Below, piece after piece: positions 1 through 9,000 of a DNA stretch of 64,000 bases. Numbering within the stretch: position 1 is the first letter of the stretch; every line of letters starts with the position of its first letter. The notes below the pieces were generated by a model, which worked only from the letters and a program-made list of their open reading frames with translations, did not search any database and was not told the origin of the DNA. Position numbers and translations under genes: made by a program. Origin of the DNA: a bacterium (GTDB lineage Bacteria > Pseudomonadota > Alphaproteobacteria > Rs-D84 > CACZYB01); contig JAAVBO010000003.1 in the NCBI GenBank assembly GCA_014803575.1, forward strand, positions 87,165 to 151,164. The letters run 5' to 3'.

Positions 1-46
1 TGATTTTATACATAGAGATAACAATAATTTTGATAAGGAATATAGA

Positions 47-1147
47 TTGTTATCTGAAAAAATAGATGAAAAAAATCCTTCTGTGAATATTCGTGCTATT
101 GATTGTCTTCGCGGTTGTACTGGGTATGGAGCTTCTTTTTATGATGTAGATTATCGTATATATTATGATAATATTGCTAATAGTGATGAATGTATTATTT
201 ATAGAAGGAATAATGCAAAAATAAAAGTTAGGACTGGAGCTTTTGATTATAAAAAATTCTTGCCTGAAAATTCTAATGTGAAAACGGATGATGACTTTCT
301 TCTTTTAGTAAATAAATATAAAGAATATAACGAGGATAAAGATAAGGAATTGAAATCTTGTTATAAAATATATGAAGATAATTCTTTGACTTCTACAGAA
401 AAAGATGAAAAATATACTCAATGTGAAACAGATAACGAAAATACAAATAATAAGTTTGAAGGATTGTTAAAATCGTATATTTTTGAAGGAGGATTAGAAA
501 AGGATAAAAATAAGATACAATCAGTAATTGCAGATTGTAAACAAGCAGTTGAACAAGCATCAAAATATAAGGAAAATTATAATAAATGCAGTGAAAATAT
601 TAAAGGTAAAGTTGATAATTATAAGAAATCTATAGGATATAATAACTTAAAAGATTTAAGTTTAGGTTCATCATATAAAGTTGTAGATTTTGCAAAAGAT
701 GGTGTTATGATTAAAAGAGAATTTAATGCTCAAGAAATGCAGCTTTTTTCTTTTGTTGCAGCTATAGCAGGCAAAACTCCTTCTTCTGAGCAGTCATATT
801 TTGTTTACACAAAAGATACAAACTATGCAAATGGGGATTATTTCCGTAATAGAGGTTTGTATTATATAGAAGATGGGGTGTATAAATATACTACTGTAAC
901 CGGAGCAACTAATTCACTTCAGGCTTTAAAACCAACAAAATATAAAATAATAGATGTTAAAGAGAAAATAGCAGAAATAGAAAATAGTTGTGGTAAAAGT
1001 GATTATAAATATATAGATTTCTTAAAAGATGAAACAATTATACAGTGTGATATAACTGATTCTAACTATTGTTATAAGGATGGAAATAAGAAAAAGTGTT
1101 TTGAGGAAAAAGATGGAATAATAATACCTGATGATATTATGAGATGA
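47..1147 (+). CDS. Hypothetical Lys/Asp/Cys-rich protein, probably 5'-truncated by the window edge
   Basis: 366-aa ORF with a TTG start at 47. The same frame stays open back to nt 2, so the gene probably begins outside the window. No recognisable domain. Confidence 0.4.
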   Translation: MLSEKIDEKNPSVNIRAIDCLRGCTGYGASFYDVDYRIYYDNIANSDECIIYRRNNAKIKVRTGAFDYKKFLPENSNVKTDDDFLLLVNKYKEYNEDKDKELKSCYKIYEDNSLTSTEKDEKYTQCETDNENTNNKFEGLLKSYIFEGGLEKDKNKIQSVIADCKQAVEQASKYKENYNKCSENIKGKVDNYKKSIGYNNLKDLSLGSSYKVVDFAKDGVMIKREFNAQEMQLFSFVAAIAGKTPSSEQSYFVYTKDTNYANGDYFRNRGLYYIEDGVYKYTTVTGATNSLQALKPTKYKIIDVKEKIAEIENSCGKSDYKYIDFLKDETIIQCDITDSNYCYKDGNKKKCFEEKDGIIIPDDIMR

Positions 1148-1176
1148 TGAATATTAAATTTTTCCATATTAATCTA

Positions 1177-1210
1177 AAATCTCCTCATCATTCGGTGGGG
1201 AGGTTTTTAT
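1177..1210 (+). terminator. Rho-independent terminator after the first gene
   Basis: Hairpin ctcctcatcattcggtggggagg followed by a T-run. Confidence 0.5.
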
Positions 1211-1282
1211 TTATGGGTAAAACACATTATCTATAATTTATTTGTTAATGATTTTATGGTAACAAATGATAATAAAAAGTTT

Positions 1283-1305
1283 GTGTCCACGAGGGCACGA
1301 GGTTT
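1283..1305. repeat. 23-nt motif gtgtccacgagggcacgaggttt, left copy
   Basis: Matches 3764-3786 (gtgtccacgatggcacgaggttt) at 22 of 23 positions. Both copies are followed by a T-rich tract. Confidence 0.6.
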
Positions 1306-1453
1306 GTGTTTTTCTCAATAAAACTTCAAAATTTTCTTCAAAAACACCTAAAAACAGGCATTTTTCTTGCACTTTCTTGTGTTTTTTCGCTTACAAACCC
1401 AAAACAACACGACATAATTATATATATAAAACAAAAAACGAAAGGGTTTAAAA

Positions 1454-1705
1454 ATGTTACAAAAATTTCAAAACTGGCTTATCGCTAACAACTACAAACT
1501 TAATACTGCAAAAGATTATCAAGGTCGTATAACTCGCCTTTGTAAATATGAAAATATCAGCCTTGAAAATCTTATTGCAAACATTACTTCAATCTTACCT
1601 CAATACGAATTCGGTGAAAAATATTCTTATGGTAGTCGCTCTCATACAAGTGTTAAACAAGCTCTTCGTCACTTCAACAAATTTTTGAATCAGGAGGTAA
1701 GATAA
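1454..1705 (+). CDS. Small protein resembling a phage-integrase N-terminal SAM-like (core-binding) domain; possibly an integrase remnant
   Basis: 83 aa. The pattern FQNWLIANNYKLNTAKDYQGRITRL...KQALRHFNKFL fits the Y...L / ALR.FF.FL pattern of integrase N-domains, recalled from memory. Confidence 0.3.
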   Translation: MLQKFQNWLIANNYKLNTAKDYQGRITRLCKYENISLENLIANITSILPQYEFGEKYSYGSRSHTSVKQALRHFNKFLNQEVR

Positions 1706-1761
1706 TATTTCAAATCAAAGTAAATGTTATGTTGAAAAAGATAGAGGCTGTGAGGGTGTAA

Positions 1762-2076
1762 ATGGATATAAAGACTTTGAATGACGATTTTAGAAAAAGC
1801 CTTTTAGGAGGAAAAGTGATGCTGACCAGAGGTATTTCCAGTAAAGGTCAAAAGGCGATAAACGAGATTTTATATAGGGTAAAAACTTTTGATAATTTTA
1901 CCACGGATAACGACCCATATAATGAACACGATTACGGAAGTTTTTTATACGACGGTCAAAAGATTATGTGGAAGATAGACTATTACGATAAGGATTTAAG
2001 GTACTTTTCTGAAGATCCAGAAGATGTATCAAAAACTATTAGAGTTATGACTATTATGTTGGTGGAGGAATATTGA
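1762..2076 (+). CDS. DUF3768-like protein (plasmid/mobile-element associated)
   Basis: 104 aa with the motifs EHDYG and KIDYYD. I recall DUF3768 as carrying HDFG and IDYYD motifs; this is from memory. Confidence 0.4.
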   Translation: MDIKTLNDDFRKSLLGGKVMLTRGISSKGQKAINEILYRVKTFDNFTTDNDPYNEHDYGSFLYDGQKIMWKIDYYDKDLRYFSEDPEDVSKTIRVMTIMLVEEY

Positions 2077-2148
2077 AAAAATGTCTTGAAATTTGATTAT
2101 TTATTTACTAAATATATTTTATGTGAATAAACAAGAAAGGAGAATAAA

Positions 2149-2808
2149 ATGGCTGATAAATATGTAATACAAATAGCTAAAGAAGATGGAGCTCAAACTT
2201 GTGAAAAAGACGAAAATGGAGAGAATAAGAAAACAAGTGATGGTCGTTGTATAGTGGCATCAACGGATACAGAAAATCAAATAAATTTTGTATGTGATAA
2301 TGATAATATAAATTTAGAAGGTATTGATAAAAAAATAAAAAATAAATTACAAAATAATGAAAGCTTTACAAAAAAAAGAGAAGAGTATAATCAAGCAAAC
2401 TATAGAATAATTTTAAAAGATGTTGGAACACATAAAGAAAATGAATTATTTTTATTTTCCGCTAAATCAAATTGTATAGATTGTGAATCATTGTTTAGTA
2501 CTATTAAAAGTTATACTGGTGAAAAAAAATCCATAAATGAAGAAATAGAAAATCTTATAACGGAAATAAAAAATTTAAATGACAGTAATTTAATTTGTTG
2601 GGATGAATTTTGTCATATTGAAGAATTTTATGAAGATGATAATAAAAATAAGATCTTAAAAAAAATGAATAGATTATATATTACACCTAAAAATTTTGAT
2701 AAAGAAAAAGATATATTATGTTTTATAAATATAAATGATGAGGCCAAAAATGGAGAAGAGATATTTGACCCATTTAATTATGAAGAAATTCATGAATGTG
2801 AAAATTAA
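2149..2808 (+). CDS. Hypothetical acidic Cys-containing protein
   Basis: 219-aa ORF preceded by a strong RBS (aaaggagaataaaATG). No recognisable domain. Confidence 0.45.
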   Translation: MADKYVIQIAKEDGAQTCEKDENGENKKTSDGRCIVASTDTENQINFVCDNDNINLEGIDKKIKNKLQNNESFTKKREEYNQANYRIILKDVGTHKENELFLFSAKSNCIDCESLFSTIKSYTGEKKSINEEIENLITEIKNLNDSNLICWDEFCHIEEFYEDDNKNKILKKMNRLYITPKNFDKEKDILCFININDEAKNGEEIFDPFNYEEIHECEN

Positions 2809-2920
2809 ATTAAGTAATTATTAACTTATCCATAACATCACATAAACAAGCCAGAATTAAGCAAAACTAGTTCTGGCTTATGATTTACTACTAACATAAA
2901 TATGCTTATTCCTGCTTGAT

Positions 2921-3487
2921 TTAATTAAATATCTGATAGTCAAAAATCATATTGTCTGTACTGACAAGGCTCATACTTTCACTTTCAGACACTTCAAACT
3001 CTTTACTAATATATTCCGATATCCCACCTACATAATAAATAGGGGATACAACTATATTGTCTGGATACAGGCCGTTTAGTTTTACTTCTTCCCCATCTGT
3101 TTTTATATATACTTCAGCCTTTATTTTAGGTTGGATTTTTATGAATGCTTTTATCACATCGTCTACTGCGAACTTATCACTTTTTATTCCCAAAGCTACA
3201 TGAGCATGATAGTTTGTGTATGATTTACCTAGCTCTTTGACTACTACTAAATTAAAGTGTTTTTTGTATAGCTTAAACCAATGTGAGCCAAGCAATTCTT
3301 GAAACAGTTTATTAAATGTATTATGCAAACGACTGATAAGTTGAGTATCTGTAGTAGGAGTATTCACATACCAACGAAGGCTAGCAAATACTCCTTTGCT
3401 GTTGATAGTATTGGTAAGCCAATCCTCTATACTATTGATATTTTTGGTTTGTAAGATATTATGTCTTATGTGTTTTATCTGAGTCAT
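2921..3487 (-). CDS. Putative HUH-type rolling-circle replication initiator (Rep-like)
   Basis: 188 aa with an HUH-like motif (HYHAHVAL) and a downstream Y..K motif (EYISKE), consistent with HUH endonuclease motifs II and III. Assignment is tentative. Confidence 0.3.
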   Translation of the reverse strand: MTQIKHIRHNILQTKNINSIEDWLTNTINSKGVFASLRWYVNTPTTDTQLISRLHNTFNKLFQELLGSHWFKLYKKHFNLVVVKELGKSYTNYHAHVALGIKSDKFAVDDVIKAFIKIQPKIKAEVYIKTDGEEVKLNGLYPDNIVVSPIYYVGGISEYISKEFEVSESESMSLVSTDNMIFDYQIFN

Positions 3488-3755
3488 TATTTATATTAGT
3501 AATATATTGATTAGTATTATGTTATTAGTATATATTATTTTATATTAAAAGTATAAAAGAAATTTACTATAAGTTTATTTATATAGTATTTCAAAAGTCC
3601 GATTAGGTATCTACACCACCTCTTCTTTGACCAAAAAGGGCCTATAATATATAGAATTGAAATTTTTTTGAATTTTTACGGACTTTTTTAATAAAAATCG
3701 TAAGTTGTTGATTTTACAGAAAAGAAATTTTTAATTTTTTTATAGCGGTGCAAAT

Positions 3756-3787
3756 AAAACCTCGTGTCCACGATGGCACGAGGTTTT
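3756..3787. terminator. Bidirectional hairpin containing the right copy of the 23-nt motif
   Basis: aaaacctcgtg-tccacgatgg-cacgaggtttt: an 11-bp stem flanked by A and T runs. The motif copy lies at 3764-3786. Confidence 0.55.
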
Positions 3788-3975
3788 ATTTTCTAATTCC
3801 ACTAAAAATCACAAAAATAAAAAACAAATATTGTATATAAAGGGCATTTTTATACTATTTTTAGTGAAATTTATATAAAATTTTATATAATCTTGAAAAA
3901 TAATAAAATATCGCAATATACAAAATAAACACAAATAATATAAAAATCCTTTACAGGATATAATAAATAATTATA

Positions 3976-4533
3976 ATGAGAGATGTTGTTAAAATTATTT
4001 CAAGCCAGTATATAATTATGAAAAAAATATTTTTACTATTTTTGATTATAATTTCCACTCAAGTTTTTTCAAAAAGAAAAACTGTGGATAGGATTTATAC
4101 AAAGGAAGAGGAAGAGATAATCAAAAATTATCTTGGAACATTTTATTTTAAAGGTCTTAAACCGACAAAACATTTGGTAATAGTGCCAAGTGATCAATAT
4201 GGTAAAATAGCAGTGTTTGATTATGTAACCCCAAAAAGACATTTATGTACTCTGGAATTTGATGATTTTGATTTATATGAAGGTATGAATGCCTCAACTT
4301 GTATGTTTTTGGATTGTCTTGAACAAGGTGTAGAGGAAACTAGACCTGCACTTACAATATATATCATATATTGTAAAACAGAAGATGGAATTAAAGAAAT
4401 ACTTTTTGAAGAAAAGGAATATTTTGCAAGATATAAAGAATGTATTCGAAATAACTGTGATATTGACAGTTTATATCATCGAATCCCTCCACACAATTAT
4501 TATTATTACAGATTAGAGGAAAAGGGGGAATAG
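3976..4533 (+). CDS. Hypothetical secreted protein
   Basis: Signal peptide MKKIFLLFLIIISTQVFS, so the likely true start is ~4018. No recognisable domain. Confidence 0.4.
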   Translation: MRDVVKIISSQYIIMKKIFLLFLIIISTQVFSKRKTVDRIYTKEEEEIIKNYLGTFYFKGLKPTKHLVIVPSDQYGKIAVFDYVTPKRHLCTLEFDDFDLYEGMNASTCMFLDCLEQGVEETRPALTIYIIYCKTEDGIKEILFEEKEYFARYKECIRNNCDIDSLYHRIPPHNYYYYRLEEKGE

Positions 4534-4545
4534 TCCCCTTTTTTA
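4521..4545. terminator. Bidirectional terminator between convergent genes
   Basis: gggg-aatagt-cccc hairpin followed by a T-run. Confidence 0.5.
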
Positions 4546-5502
4546 TTTTGCAGTTTTAAGCATATTAACCCGCCATTTATTTCTGTCTTTACCTATTTGA
4601 TCTGATGTGCATTCTTCTGCTGCTTTTTTCCAATCTCTTGCTCTTATTGCCTTAAAAAATTCGGGCCAACCATCGCTTCCTGTTTCTTTTTTATCTTTAT
4701 CATTCCCGTCGTGAAATCTTTTACCCATATTATATTCCATATCCAATAGAACTTTTTTTACATTATATGGATAAGAGAGAAAATCTTTAAATTTTGCTTT
4801 AACTTGATCTAAATCTTTATATAGATGGTCTTTTACTTTTTCATTTATTTCTTCCTCTCTTATTATTAAATAATCATCACGTTTATATTTCTCTGCTTTA
4901 TAATTATATGGTTTATTCTTTGGACCATTTTTTCCCAGCTTGTTACGTGTTGTTATTATTTTATCATATTCTTCCATCTTTCTTTCATCTGTTACCTCTA
5001 TTTCGGTTTTCGGATCAACTAAATTTAATTTTACCATATCTTCTTTTTTTGCTATCATATTTCCTGCACCTATTGTTACATTTCCCTTTGTATCTGCATA
5101 CCCAAATGTTTTAATGTCTTCAAGTTTTTTTATTTCTTCTTCCATTTCTGGTAATAAATGGGTATATAGTTTCTTTTCAATTTCTCTTTCCCATTCTTTT
5201 ACTTCCATTGATTCCCTACTAAACATAGGGTGTTTTGGTGGATGAAGTTCTCTTTCACCGTTTGGTTTTTCATATATTAAATCTCCCCATATAGTTTTAT
5301 CAGCATCTTTACCAGACCAAGGTCGTTGAGTTAAATAGTCAGGTGCAAGACCTGAAACATCCTTTACTATACATCGACAATTAGGATGTGGTTTTTCCGG
5401 TACATCTTCAATGTTTGTATATTCAGTTAAATGTAAAGCTTTGCATGTATCACAAGATTTTCCTCCGTTGTCCGCAATCCAGATATAATTTACTTTTTTC
5501 AT
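4543..5502 (-). CDS. Fusion of a MuF-like Cys-motif module to a GH24 (T4-type) lysozyme; no signal peptide
   Basis: N-terminus SCDTCKALHL...HPNCRC resembles the conserved C-terminal motif of phage Mu F / SPP1 gp7 proteins. C-terminal half is lysozyme-like: E-x7-YADTKGNVTIGAG ... RDWKKAAEE...NKWRVNML. Start moved to MKKVNYIW at 5502, which has an aaggaaa RBS. Confidence 0.55.
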   Translation of the reverse strand: MKKVNYIWIADNGGKSCDTCKALHLTEYTNIEDVPEKPHPNCRCIVKDVSGLAPDYLTQRPWSGKDADKTIWGDLIYEKPNGERELHPPKHPMFSRESMEVKEWEREIEKKLYTHLLPEMEEEIKKLEDIKTFGYADTKGNVTIGAGNMIAKKEDMVKLNLVDPKTEIEVTDERKMEEYDKIITTRNKLGKNGPKNKPYNYKAEKYKRDDYLIIREEEINEKVKDHLYKDLDQVKAKFKDFLSYPYNVKKVLLDMEYNMGKRFHDGNDKDKKETGSDGWPEFFKAIRARDWKKAAEECTSDQIGKDRNKWRVNMLKTAK

Positions 5503-5534
5503 TTTATTTCCTTTTAAGTTATTAAATAAAAAAA

Positions 5535-5558
5535 GGACTAGTGTAGATACACTAGTCC
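5535..5558. promoter_or_regulatory. Perfect 24-bp palindrome (candidate operator) in a divergent intergenic region
   Basis: GGACTAGTGTA-GA-TACACTAGTCC lies between the divergent genes 4543..5502(-) and 5861..7309(+). Confidence 0.4.
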
Positions 5559-5860
5559 CATTGGTTAAAAAACACCATACCATAATTTAAAGAAGGATTT
5601 ATTAAAAGATAAGGACCTTGTACTATATATTGAAAAATAAGGTCAAAAATAAGGACCGTTTTTTTCTATCGGTCTATAAATCCTATTATATATTAAAATA
5701 GGAAATAATACAAATAAAAAAATATGTTATCATCTATTTGATAATACAGAAATATTTTAATTTGATTGTCTTTTTTATATAAATTTTCCATTTACAACAA
5801 AAACAGCAAATAAAAAACGGTCGTTTAAATTGAACAATTAATGAAATAAAAGGAGATAAA

Positions 5861-7309
5861 ATGAATAGAAAAGATATTCTTAATAATTTAGACCATGCGT
5901 TGGGTGAGTATAAATCTGCACAGTTGTTTGTAGATAATGAAGATAATGCTCAATATATAGTAAATATTGTTAAAAAAATTGATGCTCTTTATTACGGATT
6001 ATTTGATGGAATTGTGGCACCGAGTTATGCTTATGTTTCTAAAGATAAGGTAATGAAAGATAGACATGCCTATGATGCTGATTATGAAAGAGCTAAAAAA
6101 TATGCTGATGTTTTTAGGGGATTTGTTAATGATGTTGAGGTTAAAAAAACTTTTTCTTTGATAGAATCTTTGAAAAAAGAATTACAAAATACAAAAGACG
6201 GTATAAAAGGTGGTATAAATGGTATAACGGAAGGTTTTATTGATGCTTTTGTGAAATTGAAATATGCTTTGGGAGATTTGTTTGTTGATGTAGTTGGTGA
6301 GGGTGTAGAAATTGTAATGAATATAATGGAGCTTGTTGATACATTAGAAAATAAAATCTCTGAGGTTTTATATAATGCCTATAAAATGCCTTTGCACGAA
6401 TCTAAACTACCAGAAATTGAGACAAATAGTCATAATTATTATTATTATCCAGTTGATTCTTCATTAAGAAAAATAAGAATTGATTTTAGGGATAAACTTA
6501 ACGATTTTTATGCTCATAAATTAAACCATGCAACAAAGCCTGCTGACTTTTATTATGGAATTAAGGGGTGTCATTTTCATTTTATTAAACAACATAAAAT
6601 GGATCACAATGAGTGGTTTCATGCTTTTCAGATGGAGAGGGATGGATATTACGTACCTGATACTAATGAGTTCTATAATGAAGAAAATTTTTATTCAAGA
6701 CTCATTGAAAAAATTTTTGCCCTTATACCATATAAAGAAGAGCATATGAAATCAAAATTACCATTGAAAATTATGGAAAATATTTTTGAATATGCAGAAA
6801 TCTTGAAAAAAAACAGATTTAAAACAAATTATGATGGAAAGCAAGACTATGAAGGTCAAAAAAAAGTATATATTTGTTTATTGGCAAGTATTGTTGGAAC
6901 TTTCTTAACGCCTGCTATACTAAGATCACCTAGAGCAAATATGGAGTTTAGGACATCTTTGAGTGTTGAAGAATTGACGGATAATTTTGAAAAAAATCTT
7001 TCAAACCTTAAACAAATTGCTTCAAAACTATCTGAAAAAGAGAAATTGACTCCGGTTGAAAAGGATATTTGCAGTAAGTTAAGTGTGTTGGATAACAACT
7101 TATTTACTTATGACTGGGCTACTGAGATAAATAAAGATTATGATAAGGCAAAATTTAAGGAAGCAAAAAGACTTGCAAAAAATAATGACAGGTATAAAGA
7201 TGCCGAGTATATTCTTGCAGTAAGGAAGTTGCAAGCAAAGTATTTGGGTATGGAATACGATGAAAAGCTTGCTGATGGAATTGCAAAAAGAAAGTTATTA
7301 GAAAAGTAG
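5861..7309 (+). CDS. Hypothetical protein
   Basis: 482-aa ORF with RBS ggagataaaATG. No signal peptide and no recognisable domain. Confidence 0.45.
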   Translation: MNRKDILNNLDHALGEYKSAQLFVDNEDNAQYIVNIVKKIDALYYGLFDGIVAPSYAYVSKDKVMKDRHAYDADYERAKKYADVFRGFVNDVEVKKTFSLIESLKKELQNTKDGIKGGINGITEGFIDAFVKLKYALGDLFVDVVGEGVEIVMNIMELVDTLENKISEVLYNAYKMPLHESKLPEIETNSHNYYYYPVDSSLRKIRIDFRDKLNDFYAHKLNHATKPADFYYGIKGCHFHFIKQHKMDHNEWFHAFQMERDGYYVPDTNEFYNEENFYSRLIEKIFALIPYKEEHMKSKLPLKIMENIFEYAEILKKNRFKTNYDGKQDYEGQKKVYICLLASIVGTFLTPAILRSPRANMEFRTSLSVEELTDNFEKNLSNLKQIASKLSEKEKLTPVEKDICSKLSVLDNNLFTYDWATEINKDYDKAKFKEAKRLAKNNDRYKDAEYILAVRKLQAKYLGMEYDEKLADGIAKRKLLEK

Positions 7310-7381
7310 TGATTGATTTTTGTTGGCGTAAGGGATTGCCAGTTTTTAGACAATCCTTTTTTTGTATGATAAGAAATGATA

Positions 7382-8452
7382 TTAGTCTTCAGATTGAGGA
7401 TTTTGTTTTGGTAAACATCCACAGCAACTATCAAATACTTTAATTTGTTCTAGGAATTTCAATATCCTTTTTAAATCTTTGGAAGATAGTATATCTTTCT
7501 TATTATTGCTTAAATTAGATGCTAAATATTCAATAAGATTTTTAATAGCTATATCTTTATTATTGTAATTTTTTATTTGTTCAATAAATCCATCAATTCT
7601 AGCAAAATATAAATTTATAGTTCTTCTGTTTTTTTGTTTATATGCTTCATTCAAAAGAATGAATACTGGAGAAATACAAAAAACAAAAAAAGGTAACTTA
7701 TAAAAAAAACAAATTTTTAAAATATTTTTTAAAGAATTAATATCTTTATTTATAAATTGTGTAATATTATCGACTTTTGAAAGATATTGTATCAAATTAT
7801 AATTCATATAAATGAAAAATCCAATACCAATAAGTATCCATAAAATAGATATAAAAAACAATATTCCAAAAGCAGAATATGTGTTAGGTTTTAAAAGTGA
7901 AAATCTCTGTTCATTATTTATTATATTAGATTTATTATAATTGTTAGTATAGTTTTTAGCTGTTTCTGAATACATAAGTTTGAGTTGATTATATTTTTCT
8001 TCTGATTTTCTTCTAAGTTCTTCAATATTATCTAAATTTGTCAATTTATTATTAACTATGTTTTCCAATCTGTCTAATAAATTTTTTTGATTAAATTCTT
8101 TTAAATCTATCAATATCTGTTTCAATTTATCACTTTCTGTAAAAATTTTATCATAATAATTCTGACTCATATGAGCTATCTTAAAATTTCTAGATAATTC
8201 AGAAATTTTTTTTAATATTTTATCAATATTTAATAAATACTTTCTCATTGACATATGATCTTTTTCTTTATAAAGTTCAAGTGCACTGTAAGTTTTTTTT
8301 ATTCTTTCAATTTCAGAAGAAGTTTCTATTAAAATATTTTCTAATTCTTTCAATCCTTTTTTATTATCTTTAGATATCTTCTTTTTTAAATAATCTCTAA
8401 TATTATGTAAAAGGTCTTTTAACATAGTCTGCATAGTTTCAAAGGTATTCAT
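7382..8452 (-). CDS. Hypothetical coiled-coil membrane protein
   Basis: 356 aa with two hydrophobic segments (AFGILFFISILWILIGIGFFIY, FFVFCISPVFILL). N-terminal half looks coiled-coil. C-terminus CCGCLPKQ. Confidence 0.4.
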   Translation of the reverse strand: MNTFETMQTMLKDLLHNIRDYLKKKISKDNKKGLKELENILIETSSEIERIKKTYSALELYKEKDHMSMRKYLLNIDKILKKISELSRNFKIAHMSQNYYDKIFTESDKLKQILIDLKEFNQKNLLDRLENIVNNKLTNLDNIEELRRKSEEKYNQLKLMYSETAKNYTNNYNKSNIINNEQRFSLLKPNTYSAFGILFFISILWILIGIGFFIYMNYNLIQYLSKVDNITQFINKDINSLKNILKICFFYKLPFFVFCISPVFILLNEAYKQKNRRTINLYFARIDGFIEQIKNYNNKDIAIKNLIEYLASNLSNNKKDILSSKDLKRILKFLEQIKVFDSCCGCLPKQNPQSED

Positions 8453-8597
8453 TTTTATATTCCTTTTTTATTCTTATTTCACATATAGAATATAATTCCA
8501 TATCGAAATAAAAAGTCAAAATCAGAATATTGAGTATTTTTATTTAAGTATTTATATTTACAGATGAAATTAAGGAATTTTAGCGGGCAAAAAAAAC

Positions 8598-8611
8598 GTT
8601 CGTTATTTTTG
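8598..8611. repeat. Left arm of a 14-bp perfect inverted repeat (gttcgttatttttg)
   Basis: The partner is at 8751-8764 (caaaaataacgaac). The arms bracket a 139-bp segment containing the poly-C tract and a promoter. Confidence 0.5.
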
Positions 8612-8698
8612 CACGGTGCGATTCGTAAAGTTTTTAGCTATATTTTAATGTAAAAAATATCCTTAAATAGAATTTTATTTAGTAAAATCAATCATTTA

Positions 8699-8707
8699 CC
8701 CCCCCCC
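8699..8707. repeat. Homopolymeric C9 tract (candidate slipped-strand phase-variation site)
   Basis: Nine consecutive C in a roughly 28% GC genome. It directly abuts a TTGACT -35 hexamer upstream of the glycosyltransferase operon. Confidence 0.6.
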
Positions 8708-8736
8708 TTGACTTTTATTCCAAATTGGTATATTTT
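8708..8736 (+). promoter_or_regulatory. Sigma70-like promoter (TTGACT-N17-TATTTT) facing the glycan operon
   Basis: TTGACT at 8708-8713, a 17-nt spacer, then TATTTT at 8731-8736. Hexamers were read by eye in AT-rich DNA. Confidence 0.35.
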
Positions 8737-8750
8737 TTTATTGTTCATTA

Positions 8751-8764
8751 CAAAAATAACGAAC
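8751..8764. repeat. Right arm of the 14-bp inverted repeat
   Basis: Reverse complement of 8598-8611. Confidence 0.5.
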
Positions 8765-9000
8765 ATTAAAATTGAACAGTATTACTAATATGGGGAATAT
8801 ATTATCTGCAACAACAAAACATTATCAATTATATATTCCTCTCTTTAAATTAAAAGGTAAAAAATGGCAACAGAAAAGAGTAATAACGAATTAAAAGAAT
8901 TTTACATAGAAAACAATGTGTCTGATGAGGAATTAGCTGACTATTTATATTCACTACAAGATAATAACAAAGTTGTATCAATAAGATTGGAGAATAAGTA

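Noticed and set aside
1266-1488. Two overlapping 60-aa ORFs in the intergenic region containing the 23-nt repeat
   Set aside because: No RBS, mutually overlapping frames, and sited in a repeat and promoter region. Treated as non-coding.
4908-5245. ORFs of 68 and 101 aa on the plus strand inside the lysozyme-fusion gene; similar antisense ORFs lie within ugd (11202..11417, 11900..12364), polA (54007..55158, 55454..56186), the ABC-pump genes (34122..36506) and the lipoprotein genes (26025..26694, 29594..30020)
   Set aside because: Low-complexity, hydrophobic, Phe/Ile/Leu-rich translations of the antisense strand of clearly conserved genes. In AT-rich DNA these open frames arise by chance and are not genes.
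4495-6430. Shared HNYYYY peptide in two neighbouring unrelated proteins (3976..4533 and 5861..7309)
   Set aside because: It is encoded by a cataattattattatta tract. This is a low-complexity coincidence of TAT/TAC codons in AT-rich DNA, not homology.
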